In this document: one piece after another, positions 9,699 through 19,480 of the stretch
Layout: each line of letters begins with the position of its first letter
Numbering within the stretch: the first letter of the stretch is position 1
IMG/VR virus record: IMGVR_UViG_2636415849_000003
Coordinates: 1 to 64,000 of that record
Length of the DNA: 64,000 bases
DNA from: a virus
Taxonomy: Duplodnaviria > Caudoviricetes
Direction: 5' to 3' (one strand)
Program-made: the position numbers and the translations under genes
The notes under the pieces: model-generated
The model's database searches: none
What the model saw: the letters and a program-made list of their open reading frames with translations, nothing else
What the model was told of the DNA's origin: nothing

Positions 9699-10074
9699 AA
9701 AACAAAACCCGCGTGTAGCGGGCCTGAAATCGGTTGAGAGCAGTCAGACAAGGCCCACCGGGCTCATCGGTTTCGAGTATTCGCAGCTGGCCGTCCACCT
9801 CGACCACCAGCCCCACATGCACGCACAGGCTGGCCCTCCAGGCCGTGGCAACCGCGCCCGTACGAGGGCTGCACGGCGCGAAGCCATGCAAGGCTATGAC
9901 CTGGTCAACCGCCCGCGTGATGCCGCGCAGCTCACCCGGCCGTGCATCCTGCAGGGTCGGCAGCAAGGCCCGGCCGAACAGCGCCGAGCGCGCATCGCGC
10001 ACCAGGCCCCAGCAGTCGTAGTCCACAGGGCCGCGCCCGCCGCGCACATAGCGCGTCTGCAGGAACTGCCTCAT
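9598..10074 (-). CDS. NlpC/P60-like tail assembly protein (gpK-like)
   Basis: YVRGGRGP..YDCWGLVR and HVGLVV motifs. Confidence 0.82.
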   Translation of the reverse strand: MRQFLQTRYVRGGRGPVDYDCWGLVRDARSALFGRALLPTLQDARPGELRGITRAVDQVIALHGFAPCSPRTGAVATAWRASLCVHVGLVVEVDGQLRILETDEPGGPCLTALNRFQARYTRVLFYDDQDLPRSDAEPACGVAPMGGHDCGLVCGGRH

Positions 10075-10562
10075 TGGTACTTGACGCCAGGAGCCTTGTC
10101 CGCCGTGTAGCGATCACGCGGCCAGGCCAGGTTGAGCAGATCGAAGTAGCTGCCCTCGACCTGCAGGACGTTGCTATTCAGATCGCCGCCCTGGATCAGC
10201 ATGCGCTTCGGTGCGGCCGCCGGCGCAGACGTGTCGTCCGACAGATACTCGCGGTAGACCACATACGAGGGCTGGCCAGAGTCGAGTGCGTCACTGATCA
10301 GGCGATGCGCCCGGCCATCGACCACCCCCAGGCCAAAGCGCAGGGACTGGTTTCCGATGGTGCTGCGCTCCGGTAGGGAGATCTCCAGGCCGCAGGCCTC
10401 GAAGAGCTGCGGCACACCGTCCACCCCCAGCGTGAGGTCTTCATAGCTGTGGGCAAGGCGTATGTGCTCGCCACCCGGCAGCTCGATGTCCAGCGTACAG
10501 ATGCGCACGGTCGTCACATCGTCGCCGGCATAGAGCAGTTTGAGTGCAGTAGAGACCGTCAT
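10071..10562 (-). CDS. minor tail protein (gpL/DUF1833-like)
   Basis: Position between the Dit and K-like genes; C-terminal WPRDRYT...PG. Confidence 0.78.
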   Translation of the reverse strand: MTVSTALKLLYAGDDVTTVRICTLDIELPGGEHIRLAHSYEDLTLGVDGVPQLFEACGLEISLPERSTIGNQSLRFGLGVVDGRAHRLISDALDSGQPSYVVYREYLSDDTSAPAAAPKRMLIQGGDLNSNVLQVEGSYFDLLNLAWPRDRYTADKAPGVKYQ

Positions 10563-10577
10563 GTTTTGCCTGCCCCA

Positions 10578-11165
10578 TCAATGCTCTGGCACAAAGCGGC
10601 TCAGATGCACCCTGGTCATTTCTTGCAACTCCAGCAGTATGGCGCTGCACTCATCCTTAGCAACCGCTTCGCGGGACAGGCCCGCAAGTATCGTCGTGGG
10701 GACTTCGCCAGACGCCCTGCGCTCGGCCAGATCGCGAGCCTTCACAAGCTCTACGTGTACAAGATCACGCAATGCAAAACGCGTCTCACGCATCTTGTCG
10801 GCCAGTGCCAGAGGAAGATAGATCGATTGCCGCTGCATAAACTGATTGAACTGATCTGCGGCTTGATTAAGACCGTGCTCATCGACCTGCTCAATATTTC
10901 CGTCATTCGCCTTCCGTACTACATCACCGATTAGCTCTGAGTACTTGACCACCAGTTCATACGCGCCTTCAATCGCATTCGCCAACTTCTCGTCAAAGCG
11001 AGTGAACCGCACCTGATGCTCATGGGCGCGCATGCGGTTCTCCGTTTCAAGTTTTGCCAACCGCGCGCTGAATGAATGCTCCACCCATTTTTTCAGCAGA
11101 AACACGGCCAACCCGCTGGACGCCAGGGAGGTGAAGGCCATTGTCAAAAAGGCATCGAATGTCAT
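10578..11165 (-). CDS. hypothetical membrane-anchored protein inserted in the tail operon
   Basis: N-terminal TM helix plus helical domain; interrupts the usual Dit-L adjacency. Confidence 0.7.
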   Translation of the reverse strand: MTFDAFLTMAFTSLASSGLAVFLLKKWVEHSFSARLAKLETENRMRAHEHQVRFTRFDEKLANAIEGAYELVVKYSELIGDVVRKANDGNIEQVDEHGLNQAADQFNQFMQRQSIYLPLALADKMRETRFALRDLVHVELVKARDLAERRASGEVPTTILAGLSREAVAKDECSAILLELQEMTRVHLSRFVPEH

Positions 11166-11207
11166 GTCTGATCCTGTGAAAATGAAAGTGCTCTTGGCGA
11201 TACTGCC

Positions 11208-11675
11208 TCAAGCTTCCGGCCATTCTTGATTCACGGCCCGGTCGATGATGCTGGAGCCGATCACCAACTCCGGCAGCAGACCCCAGCCCGGGGGCAGCAG
11301 CGGCCTCGCCCAGACCTCGATCGGGGCGGAGATCTTCCAGCGGTCGATCCCCACCAGGTCCGGGCCTTCATACATGTCCGCGAATCGGCAGAGCAGCTTC
11401 CCCGGACCCATGGGCGTTCTGAGCGGCATATTGAACCACTCTGCACCATCGATCAGCGTCTCTACGAACCACGCCTCAAAGGACTGCGCTTGCGCCTCCG
11501 TCATCAGCCAAGCACACGTGTGCATACTGGGCACGCTAGTGAATTTGCGGCGCTGACGCGACCGGCCCGACGCCATGCTGGTGCGCAACAACGGGCTGCC
11601 GTGCCGGGTCGTGTGCCCTTCACGCAGCACACAGGGGTAGCCCTGCGGCCAATCAATGCTTGAAGTGATTGCCAT
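11208..11675 (-). CDS. distal tail protein (gpM/Dit-like)
   Basis: RTSMASGRSRQRRKF and FEAWF...L.DGAEWFNMPL motifs; follows the tape measure gene. Confidence 0.8.
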   Translation of the reverse strand: MAITSSIDWPQGYPCVLREGHTTRHGSPLLRTSMASGRSRQRRKFTSVPSMHTCAWLMTEAQAQSFEAWFVETLIDGAEWFNMPLRTPMGPGKLLCRFADMYEGPDLVGIDRWKISAPIEVWARPLLPPGWGLLPELVIGSSIIDRAVNQEWPEA

Positions 11676-14294
11676 CTATCGTCCTCGGCGTGTCAGCCCG
11701 TAAGTTGTCTCCAGCGCAGTCGCCTCGTCGCCCCCGTTGCGGATATTGCGAACAAACACGTTCGTGCTGTAGCTGCCATCAGCGTTTTGCGTCTGCTCGA
11801 TCTGGCCCGCCTTGCTGGCGTCCTCGATGACATTGACGATGGGCGCGCTGCCTGCAAGCTGTGCGGCATAGCCAGCACGCGTTGCAATACGCGGCGCACC
11901 AACAACGCCCCCATTGGCATAGCCCGGCATGCCGTGCAGCCCCCGCCGAAATGCCTCGAACGCTGCTGGCCCACCAAGCGCGGCCATGTCGTCCTGGCTA
12001 AGCACCCCTTCGCCAGCGTGAACAATGCCCGCGGGCTGGTATTTACCACCGGGGCCCGTGTATCCGCCTTCAGAGAATCCACCGGATAGCAAGCCTGATA
12101 TAGCAGCCGAGGCTGCGGCAATACCCGCCGTCGCCCCTGCAGCGTTTCCGCCAAAGGAGGCTAGCGAGGCCATGGTTGCGGCTGGAGCCCATGCTGCTGC
12201 GGTCGCCGCACCAGCCGCCACAGATGTGGCCACACCAGCCGCCTGCAACGTTTCGCCCAGCAGCTTATTGGCAACCATCTGGACCCCCATTCGGACAAGC
12301 ATGCGAACCACCTCTTCGCCAATCGAAGCGAACAGGCTGCCCACATCCATCTTGCCGGTCTTGACGAAGTTGACCAGCATGTCCTCCATGCCAGTGAAGG
12401 CCCTGGACGCGATGCCCTGCGCCTGCGAGTACATGTCGCGGGCATTCTCCAGATAGGTTGCCAACCCCGACTGAGCACCGAGCAGCCAATTGCCTTCGCG
12501 CTCGCGCTTTTGCTGCAGAAAGTCGTCATACAGCTGCAGCTCCTGCTGCTGGGCGGTCTGCGTGATCTGAATACGCTCAGCAAACGCGGCCTGGATGCGT
12601 TGACGCTCTTTCTCAGTGTCCGCACCGATGACTGCGCTGGCCTGGTCTTGCTGCAGCTTTCTCAGCTCTGCCTGGTGCTGCTGCATCAGCGAGATCTTTT
12701 CGCGCAACTCTGCGGCAGACTTATCGCCCATCCCGTAGGTCAGAAGCTCCAGCTGCAGTTGCTGCTCTTTCGCGATCAGACGGTTCTGCGCCTCATAGAG
12801 CACATTGCTGCGCTCCACTTCGACCGCACGCTGGCGCTCTGCCTCCTTGGACATATCGATGGCCGTCGCAAGGCCTGTCGCTTTGTTGAGTTGAGACTCT
12901 GAGAGCTTCAAGCTTTTGCTTTGGATATCGTAGAAGAGCTGCTCGTATGCCGATCTCTCCTCAATCTTGAAAGCCTGATCTCGCAAGGACTGCAAGAATT
13001 TTTCTGCGGCCTCCTGATCTTTTTCGGCTTGGGACTTGCCTTTGCCTCCATCAGGTTTCGGCGGCGTTACCGGGGAGTAGGGCCCTTTGGGCTTCGGAGG
13101 CTCCGGGAGCTCAACCTTAGGGACTTGAACATCCTTTTGATTTGCCCAGTTCTTTAGGGCATCCGATGCATCCACTGCCGCGTTCTGCGCCTGGAAAAGC
13201 AGATCGCGCGTCTTGCTTACATTACGCTGAAGCCGCGCATTCCCCGGATCTCTGCTAAGAGCTTCTTGGTGACGCTCCAACGCACTAGTCAAACGCTCGA
13301 CACGGGCCGAGGCCTCCGACGCGGAAGCCTTCATCTTGCCGAAATCATCCGTCCCGAGAAGTGCGCCAAGCTTGTTCTTCGTGTTGATGAAAGCAACGAT
13401 GTTGGCAGAAGCCTTCACAAGCACGTTGGTCAGATCAACAACCCAACTCATAAGCGTTGCAAAGGCTTGCCGCGTGTTTTCATCGGCCAGCTGACTATTT
13501 AGCTGAGTAAGGGAGGGAAGCACCTCCACAGCCACCGCATTTTTGATCCCCTGCAGATTGGCTTCAAGCTTTCGCGTTTCATCACGATATGCAGCACTGG
13601 CCTTCAGCGCGTCCTGATCGAGTACGAGGCCATATTTCTGCGCCTCGGCTGCTAACTCATTCCAGGCCTTGCCGTTGTTTTGCAGCAAAGGCTGCAAGGC
13701 CGTTGCATCATTTGCCACAGCCTCCAGGTAGAAAACCATGTCCTGCTGGGACAGATTGGCCTTGGACAAACTGTTGTAGTACAGCTGCAAAGCATCTGCA
13801 CCCGATAGTTTGCGGAACTGGTCGATAGTGACTCCGACCTTCGGTGCGATCTTCTCGAAGAAGTCCTTCATCTCACCGCCGCCAGTCTGCGCAAAATCGC
13901 CAAACTTGTCCTGCACATCCTTGAAGATGTCGGCCATCTTCTCGCCACTCACACCAACTTGCTGTGCACCATAGGCCAGCTCTTGAAAGCGAGTGGTAGA
14001 CGTTCCAGAGATACGCGACAGCGTCTCAACTTCTTTAGCAGCCGCGGCCGTTTCCTTGGCCAGGTTGACCACACCCTTAATGGTCCCCGTTACGCTAATA
14101 CCAGCGATGGTTGCAGTGAGCACCGTACCAATACCGGTCCAAGCCTTTTCCACGCTTTGAGCCCGAGCCTTGAGCTTTTGCTCCATCTCTCGGGACTTGC
14201 GATCTGCGGCGCGCTCAGCATCGGTCATGCCTTTGACAAAGCCACCGATTTTGGCGATCAGATCGATTGTCAGTGTGCCAAGTTGACGGGCCAT
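11676..14294 (-). CDS. tail tape measure protein
   Basis: 872 aa, Ala-rich and helical; LGTLTIDL N-terminus and lambda-type C-terminal [19 protein letters not shown]. Confidence 0.92.
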   Translation of the reverse strand: MARQLGTLTIDLIAKIGGFVKGMTDAERAADRKSREMEQKLKARAQSVEKAWTGIGTVLTATIAGISVTGTIKGVVNLAKETAAAAKEVETLSRISGTSTTRFQELAYGAQQVGVSGEKMADIFKDVQDKFGDFAQTGGGEMKDFFEKIAPKVGVTIDQFRKLSGADALQLYYNSLSKANLSQQDMVFYLEAVANDATALQPLLQNNGKAWNELAAEAQKYGLVLDQDALKASAAYRDETRKLEANLQGIKNAVAVEVLPSLTQLNSQLADENTRQAFATLMSWVVDLTNVLVKASANIVAFINTKNKLGALLGTDDFGKMKASASEASARVERLTSALERHQEALSRDPGNARLQRNVSKTRDLLFQAQNAAVDASDALKNWANQKDVQVPKVELPEPPKPKGPYSPVTPPKPDGGKGKSQAEKDQEAAEKFLQSLRDQAFKIEERSAYEQLFYDIQSKSLKLSESQLNKATGLATAIDMSKEAERQRAVEVERSNVLYEAQNRLIAKEQQLQLELLTYGMGDKSAAELREKISLMQQHQAELRKLQQDQASAVIGADTEKERQRIQAAFAERIQITQTAQQQELQLYDDFLQQKREREGNWLLGAQSGLATYLENARDMYSQAQGIASRAFTGMEDMLVNFVKTGKMDVGSLFASIGEEVVRMLVRMGVQMVANKLLGETLQAAGVATSVAAGAATAAAWAPAATMASLASFGGNAAGATAGIAAASAAISGLLSGGFSEGGYTGPGGKYQPAGIVHAGEGVLSQDDMAALGGPAAFEAFRRGLHGMPGYANGGVVGAPRIATRAGYAAQLAGSAPIVNVIEDASKAGQIEQTQNADGSYSTNVFVRNIRNGGDEATALETTYGLTRRGR

Positions 14295-14350
14295 AGAAAA
14301 CCTAATGCTGATTCAGCACTGTTAAAGTTCAGCGCCAAGGAGAAGTAAAG

Positions 14351-14764
14351 ATGAGAACCGCAACAATCGCGCTCACTGTCGCGTGTGCATTTGTGATGGG
14401 TGCCTGCGCCTCTAGCGGCGTGCAAGTCACGGAGCAGCAAACATCTGCTTTCGAAAAAGGCAAGACGACCCGCCAGGAAGTCATCGCCAAGCTAGGCAAA
14501 CCAACGATGCAAACAAACTTAGGCGACGGAACCAAGCTGGTCCAATACACCTACGCCGAAGCAACGGTGAGGCCATCCACGTTCATCCCGTTCGTAGGGG
14601 CGTTTGTGGGAGGTGCAGACTCACGTTCTTCTCATGTGGCCTTGAAGTTCGACGCGCAAGACAAGTTGATCGATGTGACCTCCAGCGAAAGTCAGATGGG
14701 TACAGCGACAGGCCTTTCTGCCGGCGCCATAGCACCGGCGACCGATCAACCCAGAAGACCTTAG
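14351..14764 (+). CDS. lipoprotein moron, BamE/SmpA-like
   Basis: AGGAG RBS, lipobox MGAC, GKTTRQEVIAKLGKP motif; antisense to the tail operon. Confidence 0.75.
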   Translation: MRTATIALTVACAFVMGACASSGVQVTEQQTSAFEKGKTTRQEVIAKLGKPTMQTNLGDGTKLVQYTYAEATVRPSTFIPFVGAFVGGADSRSSHVALKFDAQDKLIDVTSSESQMGTATGLSAGAIAPATDQPRRP

Positions 14765-14767
14765 CTA

Positions 14768-15402
14768 CTACAACATGCGCATAGCCTCCTCAAGGGTAAG
14801 CACCGCGTCATTCGCCGACCTCTGACCCCATTGAGGCAGGAAGTCAGCGAATCGGGGTGCCTTGCTGCCCCGCTTGCGGGGCACGGTACTGCTGACAGTG
14901 AGCGACACCGTAGCCCCTGCATTGGCAATGTGCTTGGCAAGAGTCAAGGGGCCGTGGAGCCTCCGGTACTCTTGCCACGCGAGGACTTCTTCGTAGCTGA
15001 GGTTCGCCTTGGCTTGCGCAACTGTCCAGCCGCCGATGCCTGCGAGGACGAGCTCGTGGAGGAATTCATCGGCGGCTGAGAGTTTTTTGGGGCATTGACC
15101 TCATTAATGGCGATCACCATGGCCCAGGCTAGCGATGGCCAAAGGTTGTATGCCTGGTCATAGGTCAGCTCCTCAGATGGCTTTTCAATGCCTAAGCGGA
15201 CAGAGAGGCTGATCATCTTGGCCCCCTGACTGCGGTCAGGCTCCCCTTTGCCTGAGAAACTTTCCATCACGCCGAAGGGCTGACGCACGACCCAAATATG
15301 GTCGATGTGGATCGTGCCGTCCTTATCCAGCCACTTGATTTCCTTGTGGACGGGCGCAGAATCGACAAAGCCACCACGGTTCATCAAGTCCTGAATATTC
15401 AT
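14768..15402 (-). CDS. tail assembly chaperone G (15402-14944) and -1 frameshift product G-T (to 14768)
   Basis: Slippery A AAA AAC at 15082-15088. The -1 frame reads [26 protein letters not shown]...EEAMRML*, a gpT-like sequence. Confidence 0.85.
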
Positions 15403-15899
15403 GGTGCGCGGCCCTTCACCAGCCATTCAGCCGCAGTGGATCGCTTGATCTTGATAGAGCCCTGCACGGGCGCCCCGCCCGCTTCAAAGCCCGTGAAGTT
15501 CATGCCCGAGATATGGCCGCGCCAGGTACTCCATGTGCGTTCCTCAGGCAATTCCCATTCTTCATCGGCGGCAACAGGCGCCGTAGGATCGATGTCCAGA
15601 CCGTCGCCCCAGCCCATGGCCCACAGCACTTTGGTGCGCGCCTTGTACAGAGACCAGAGCTTGACATGGCCCGGATCAGCGGGATCGATGCGCACCGTGA
15701 ACGTGGCATCGCCAGGGGTGATCAACCCGGGAAAGGTGGATTTCGACTCCATCTCTTCCAGGCAAGTGTCATCGTGCTCGTCACGCTCGTCCTCGCCGGT
15801 ATCGACGGTCAGCGCGCAAGCGACTTTGATAACTTCAGCAGCGCCTGCGTCTTTGGGCATGAGCGCATAGATCTGCGTGCCTTGGGGCAACATAGGCAT
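15399..15899 (-). CDS. major tail tube protein
   Basis: QGTQIY, DTCLE...FPGL.TPG motifs; upstream of the chaperone. Confidence 0.85.
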   Translation of the reverse strand: MPMLPQGTQIYALMPKDAGAAEVIKVACALTVDTGEDERDEHDDTCLEEMESKSTFPGLITPGDATFTVRIDPADPGHVKLWSLYKARTKVLWAMGWGDGLDIDPTAPVAADEEWELPEERTWSTWRGHISGMNFTGFEAGGAPVQGSIKIKRSTAAEWLVKGRAP

Positions 15900-15947
15900 G
15901 GCGGTTCCTTTCGGTGGTTTCCGCGCTTGGCGGGATGGGTGAAAAAA

Positions 15948-16316
15948 TCAGGTACGACGAACCCACCAGCTCACGTCCAGGCTGATGCGGTAGGTACGCG
16001 TTGAGGGGTCACGCCCCATATCGCGAATGGTGTTGATGTAGCAGCTCAGTTCGATCGCGTTGCGCAGGGCATCTCGCACCGCTTTGGCTGATTGGTCAGA
16101 CTTTGCCCAGATGTCGATTGAGAGCTGTCCCTCATCGGCGCAGGCCCGGCCAGCCAGGACGTTGCTGGGCAGCAAGTCGGTGCGATACGTCACATAGGGG
16201 TAGACACGCTCTTCATCGTCGTTTTCGCCCCAGGGGTAGATGCGAGGCTCCGGGTCACCCAGCACGGCAAGTACTACTGGCGACGCCTTCGCCACTCGGT
16301 AGAAAGGCACCGTCAT
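15948..16316 (-). CDS. tail terminator (DUF3168-like)
   Basis: RIYP, YPYVTY and IDIWA motifs; position. Confidence 0.8.
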   Translation of the reverse strand: MTVPFYRVAKASPVVLAVLGDPEPRIYPWGENDDEERVYPYVTYRTDLLPSNVLAGRACADEGQLSIDIWAKSDQSAKAVRDALRNAIELSCYINTIRDMGRDPSTRTYRISLDVSWWVRRT

Positions 16317-16786
16317 TTCAGCTTGCTCACGATCTTGGTGATCTGCTTGTCCAGCTCCGTGCCGAACAAATTGATTGCCTGCTCTGCCATGGCCTGAGCC
16401 GCCGGAACCAGAAACGGCTGAGGTTTTGCTACCTCAGTGCCCAGCTCAACCAAATGCCAGTGCGGTGTGTTGCCTTTGGGTCCTGTATCGGGATTCCCAT
16501 CAGGAATACGGCCCTTTTCAGCGCCTACGCCCACGCTGATCATCAGGTCGCCTGTGCGCTTGTAGTGGCGACTGCGGAATCGCTGAATGATGTTGTCCGA
16601 GATCTTGCGACCCGTTTTAGCGTCATCAATGCTCTCTGCGTTTATCTTGGCTTGCCTGCGCACAAGGCTGGCAGCCTTTCCGAGCGCGGATCTACCAGGC
16701 TTTAGCTGCAGTTCTCGCGGCAATGAAAGCAAGCGCTTGCGCAGATCCGCTGCGCCGCTCAGAGTGAATTGGACATCATTTGCCAT
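16313..16786 (-). CDS. HK97 gp10-like neck protein
   Basis: WHLVELGT...PQPFLVPA motif. Confidence 0.85.
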   Translation of the reverse strand: MANDVQFTLSGAADLRKRLLSLPRELQLKPGRSALGKAASLVRRQAKINAESIDDAKTGRKISDNIIQRFRSRHYKRTGDLMISVGVGAEKGRIPDGNPDTGPKGNTPHWHLVELGTEVAKPQPFLVPAAQAMAEQAINLFGTELDKQITKIVSKLK

Positions 16787-17117
16787 CGTTCACGCCCTCG
16801 CTTACTGGATGGGTCTGGTACTCAAGACCGCTGACCGGATCTGGCAGCACGCCCTCGATGTTGTAGATGCGACCGGCATGCACGAATCGCATGGCTGCGG
16901 TGACACGGGAATCCCGCCGCGTGACGATGCGCGCCGTGACTTTGGATTGGCTGGCGGCAGCTGCGATGAACTCCCGGGCAGAGAGCGACTCCACGCTCGC
17001 CCAGAGCTTGGCCACCTCTACCCAGCCCATATCAATCACGGCACCCGAGTCAGGATCGCGGCCCGTCTGGCGGGATTGCAAGCTGACCAGGTGACGGAGT
17101 TTTCCGGCGGCGATCAC
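16776..17117 (-). CDS. head-closure protein (SPP1 gp16-like)
   Basis: AGKLRHLVSLQ, WASVESLSAREF and RIYNIEGVLPD motifs. Confidence 0.85.
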   Translation of the reverse strand: MIAAGKLRHLVSLQSRQTGRDPDSGAVIDMGWVEVAKLWASVESLSAREFIAAAASQSKVTARIVTRRDSRVTAAMRFVHAGRIYNIEGVLPDPVSGLEYQTHPVSEGVNDGK

Positions 17118-17305
17118 AGCAAGCTCCCGTCCAGCATGCGCGGCTGAGCAACCTCCTGCGCATCATCAGCCATCTGATCCAGCAGGCAGGCTATGCCCTC
17201 CGTCAGCTCCTGCATCGCCTGAGTCTGTCGATTCAGGGCCTCGGCCACTGCCAGGTTGCTCTGGATCAGACGGCGCGTGTCCAATGACTTTCTTCGCTCG
17301 CTCAT
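17114..17305 (-). CDS. hypothetical protein (63 aa)
   Basis: GAAGGA RBS; coiled-coil ORF abutting the head-closure gene. Confidence 0.5.
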   Translation of the reverse strand: MSERRKSLDTRRLIQSNLAVAEALNRQTQAMQELTEGIACLLDQMADDAQEVAQPRMLDGSLL

Positions 17306-17374
17306 ATGCAATCCTTCTCCACTTTTCCGCCCAGAGCCGGGTGGCGTTGCACACATTGCAGTCGGTTGGCATCT

Positions 17375-17713
17375 CTACACCCCCAGTCCTATGCGATAGG
17401 GCCACAGCAGCGAATGCGCACCCATGGGTAAATCTTGGGACGAGACGCCCACCACGCTGTTTTCGCGGTTGGCGTACAGGTGGCCCAGGATCAGCAACAT
17501 GGCCGCCTTCACGGGTCCAGTGATGACCATTGGGCACGCCTCAGCCGGCTCTGCAGCCTCATCCAGTTCATCCTGCGTCGCGTAGACATTGCGGTTTAGG
17601 AACTCGACGACAGCGGACTCCGCTGCATCAAGGTAGATGCCGATCAACTCATCCTCGCCATCGCCATTCGTGCGCAGATGAATCTTGGCCGTGCTCAGGT
17701 CGATGAGACTCAC
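17375..17713 (-). CDS. head-tail connector (gp6/gp15-like)
   Basis: AKIHLR, AAMLLILGHLYANRE and LLWPYR motifs. Confidence 0.88.
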   Translation of the reverse strand: MSLIDLSTAKIHLRTNGDGEDELIGIYLDAAESAVVEFLNRNVYATQDELDEAAEPAEACPMVITGPVKAAMLLILGHLYANRENSVVGVSSQDLPMGAHSLLWPYRIGLGV

Positions 17714-18075
17714 TTCCGCCCCCGGGTTGCCTTGGGCTTGGCCGTCTCGACGGACTGATCCCCGGCCACAGACGCCTGAGCCAGGCCGGCGTTTTCAGAC
17801 TGCTGACCAGACTCTTCGCCCGTAGCGCCCGTCTCGGCACCCTCGGCCTCTTGGTTCTCGGCCGACTGGGCCCCGGCCGAAGACGCCTGAGCCTGGACGG
17901 TGTTTTCAGACGACTGACCAGACTCCGCGGCAGCGGCACCGGCCGCGGCTACGGCTGCGGCACCCTCAGCCTCTCGGTCTGCTGCGCCAGCGTCGATCAG
18001 TTGCTGTCCGCGGCTGCTGTCCATGCGCGCGATAAGGCCGGCGCGCGGATCGGGTTTCTTGAACTTGATGAGCAT
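17710..18075 (-). CDS. hypothetical protein (low complexity, after the capsid gene)
   Basis: AGGAG RBS, short conserved-looking N-terminus, Ala/Gln/Ser-rich tail with an internal repeat (ESGQ.SEN...AQAS). Confidence 0.65.
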   Translation of the reverse strand: MLIKFKKPDPRAGLIARMDSSRGQQLIDAGAADREAEGAAAVAAAGAAAAESGQSSENTVQAQASSAGAQSAENQEAEGAETGATGEESGQQSENAGLAQASVAGDQSVETAKPKATRGRK

Positions 18076-18123
18076 GGTTTCTCCTGGTGGAAATGAACAG
18101 GCCCGCCGAAGCGGGCCAGGTCA

Positions 18124-19470
18124 TCAGGTCACATTGCCAAAATCGCCGTAGATGAACGACTCGGGGCGATAGACAGCCAGCGCCAGTCGCTCTTCGGCCA
18201 GGATGGTGACCATGTTCTTCACGAAGTCGTCTTCGTTCTCGGTGGCGACTTCCACGCGAGCCTGCCAGCGGTCGAACACCTGGGCGCCCAGCTTGAAGGC
18301 GCCGGCCAGGAACTTGTCCACGTCAATCGCTTGCGTGGTGACCACTGGACGGTTCCACAGGGTGGCGCCGATGACGCCCTGCGGGTTGCCGATGATGTAA
18401 CGGCCCGTGGAGTCCTTGAGCAACTCGATGCGCGCCCAGTCGATGGGGTTCATCACCACGCCCGAGGAAGGGAACTCGGCCAACTCAGCCTGCAGGAAAG
18501 CAAGGCGAATGTTGTCGATGTTCGTCTCCGTTCCCGCAGGGTCGAAGGGGGCGGCAAACGCCGACGCCTGCGGGATGATGCCCAGCAGGTTCTGGCCGGT
18601 GCCGTCACCGTTGAGCAACTGCTGCTCTTCCTTGAAGGCCAGGCCATAGCGCAGACGGCCATCGATCAGGCTGGCCAGCTGGGATGCATCGCTCAGAATC
18701 TGACGCGAAGCCTTCATGTAGTGGGCAATCACCTTGGCAGTGGTGCTGACCAGGTCGTACTTCAACGAGGACTCTGGCTTTTTGGCGGTCTCGGCCACCA
18801 TGCCGGCGTTGTTGGTGAAGCCGGTTTCCTTCACGTACTCCAGCGCGTTGCCATCCATTTTGCCGGGGGTGATCAGGTCACGCACCGTCATGCGACGCTG
18901 GGGCAGGGCCTGCACGCCGGGCAGGCGCGTGGTCTGCACGAGGTCTCCAGCGGCGCCATCGGTGTCGGTAGTCACGCTGGTGATCGCCGCATTGATGGTC
19001 ATGTCGGCGCGGCCGCGCGGGGTTGTCTTGCCGAGGAAGGACTTAACCTCTTCGCTATTCACGAACTGCTGGCCCAGCGACTGGTGCTGGACATCGGCGC
19101 CCGCGCCATTCGCTTCGAGCTTGGCGATCAACTGCTCAACGTTCTGTACGTTGGCTTGCAACTCGCCTTGCTTCAAAAGCAATGCATCCACTTGCTGCCG
19201 AGTTTCGGCGCTGAGGTTGGCGTTTTTCGCGGCCGTCTCGGCATGCGCCTTCAACTGGTCGCTGACCGTCTTCAGGTCATTCTGGACCTTTTTGTATTCA
19301 GCGGACACATCATCCACCGTGCCAGCGGCGCCAAGCATGGCGAGGCCGCCCAAGACATCGGCATGGGCGGTGACGAAGGCCGGGACGTCGAAGCCTGCGG
19401 CCTGAGCGGTCAGGGACACTGCAGCAACAGCCACCAGCAGCCCGATAGAAAGGAAGCGAGATTTTTTCAT
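18124..19470 (-). CDS. major capsid protein, HK97 fold
   Basis: Coiled-coil delta domain, EEQQLLNGDGTGQNLLGI, DDFVKNMVTILAEERLALAVYRP; ATG 19470 lies 10 nt after the protease stop. Confidence 0.93.
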   Translation of the reverse strand: MKKSRFLSIGLLVAVAAVSLTAQAAGFDVPAFVTAHADVLGGLAMLGAAGTVDDVSAEYKKVQNDLKTVSDQLKAHAETAAKNANLSAETRQQVDALLLKQGELQANVQNVEQLIAKLEANGAGADVQHQSLGQQFVNSEEVKSFLGKTTPRGRADMTINAAITSVTTDTDGAAGDLVQTTRLPGVQALPQRRMTVRDLITPGKMDGNALEYVKETGFTNNAGMVAETAKKPESSLKYDLVSTTAKVIAHYMKASRQILSDASQLASLIDGRLRYGLAFKEEQQLLNGDGTGQNLLGIIPQASAFAAPFDPAGTETNIDNIRLAFLQAELAEFPSSGVVMNPIDWARIELLKDSTGRYIIGNPQGVIGATLWNRPVVTTQAIDVDKFLAGAFKLGAQVFDRWQARVEVATENEDDFVKNMVTILAEERLALAVYRPESFIYGDFGNVT

Positions 19471-19480
19471 GGTCAAACTT

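Noticed and set aside
11990-12080. Similarity between the two tape-measure C-termini (also near 53610-53690) as recent recombination
   Set aside because: GGYTG.GGKY.PAG.VH.GE is a widespread lambdoid motif, and the DNA differs at many synonymous positions.
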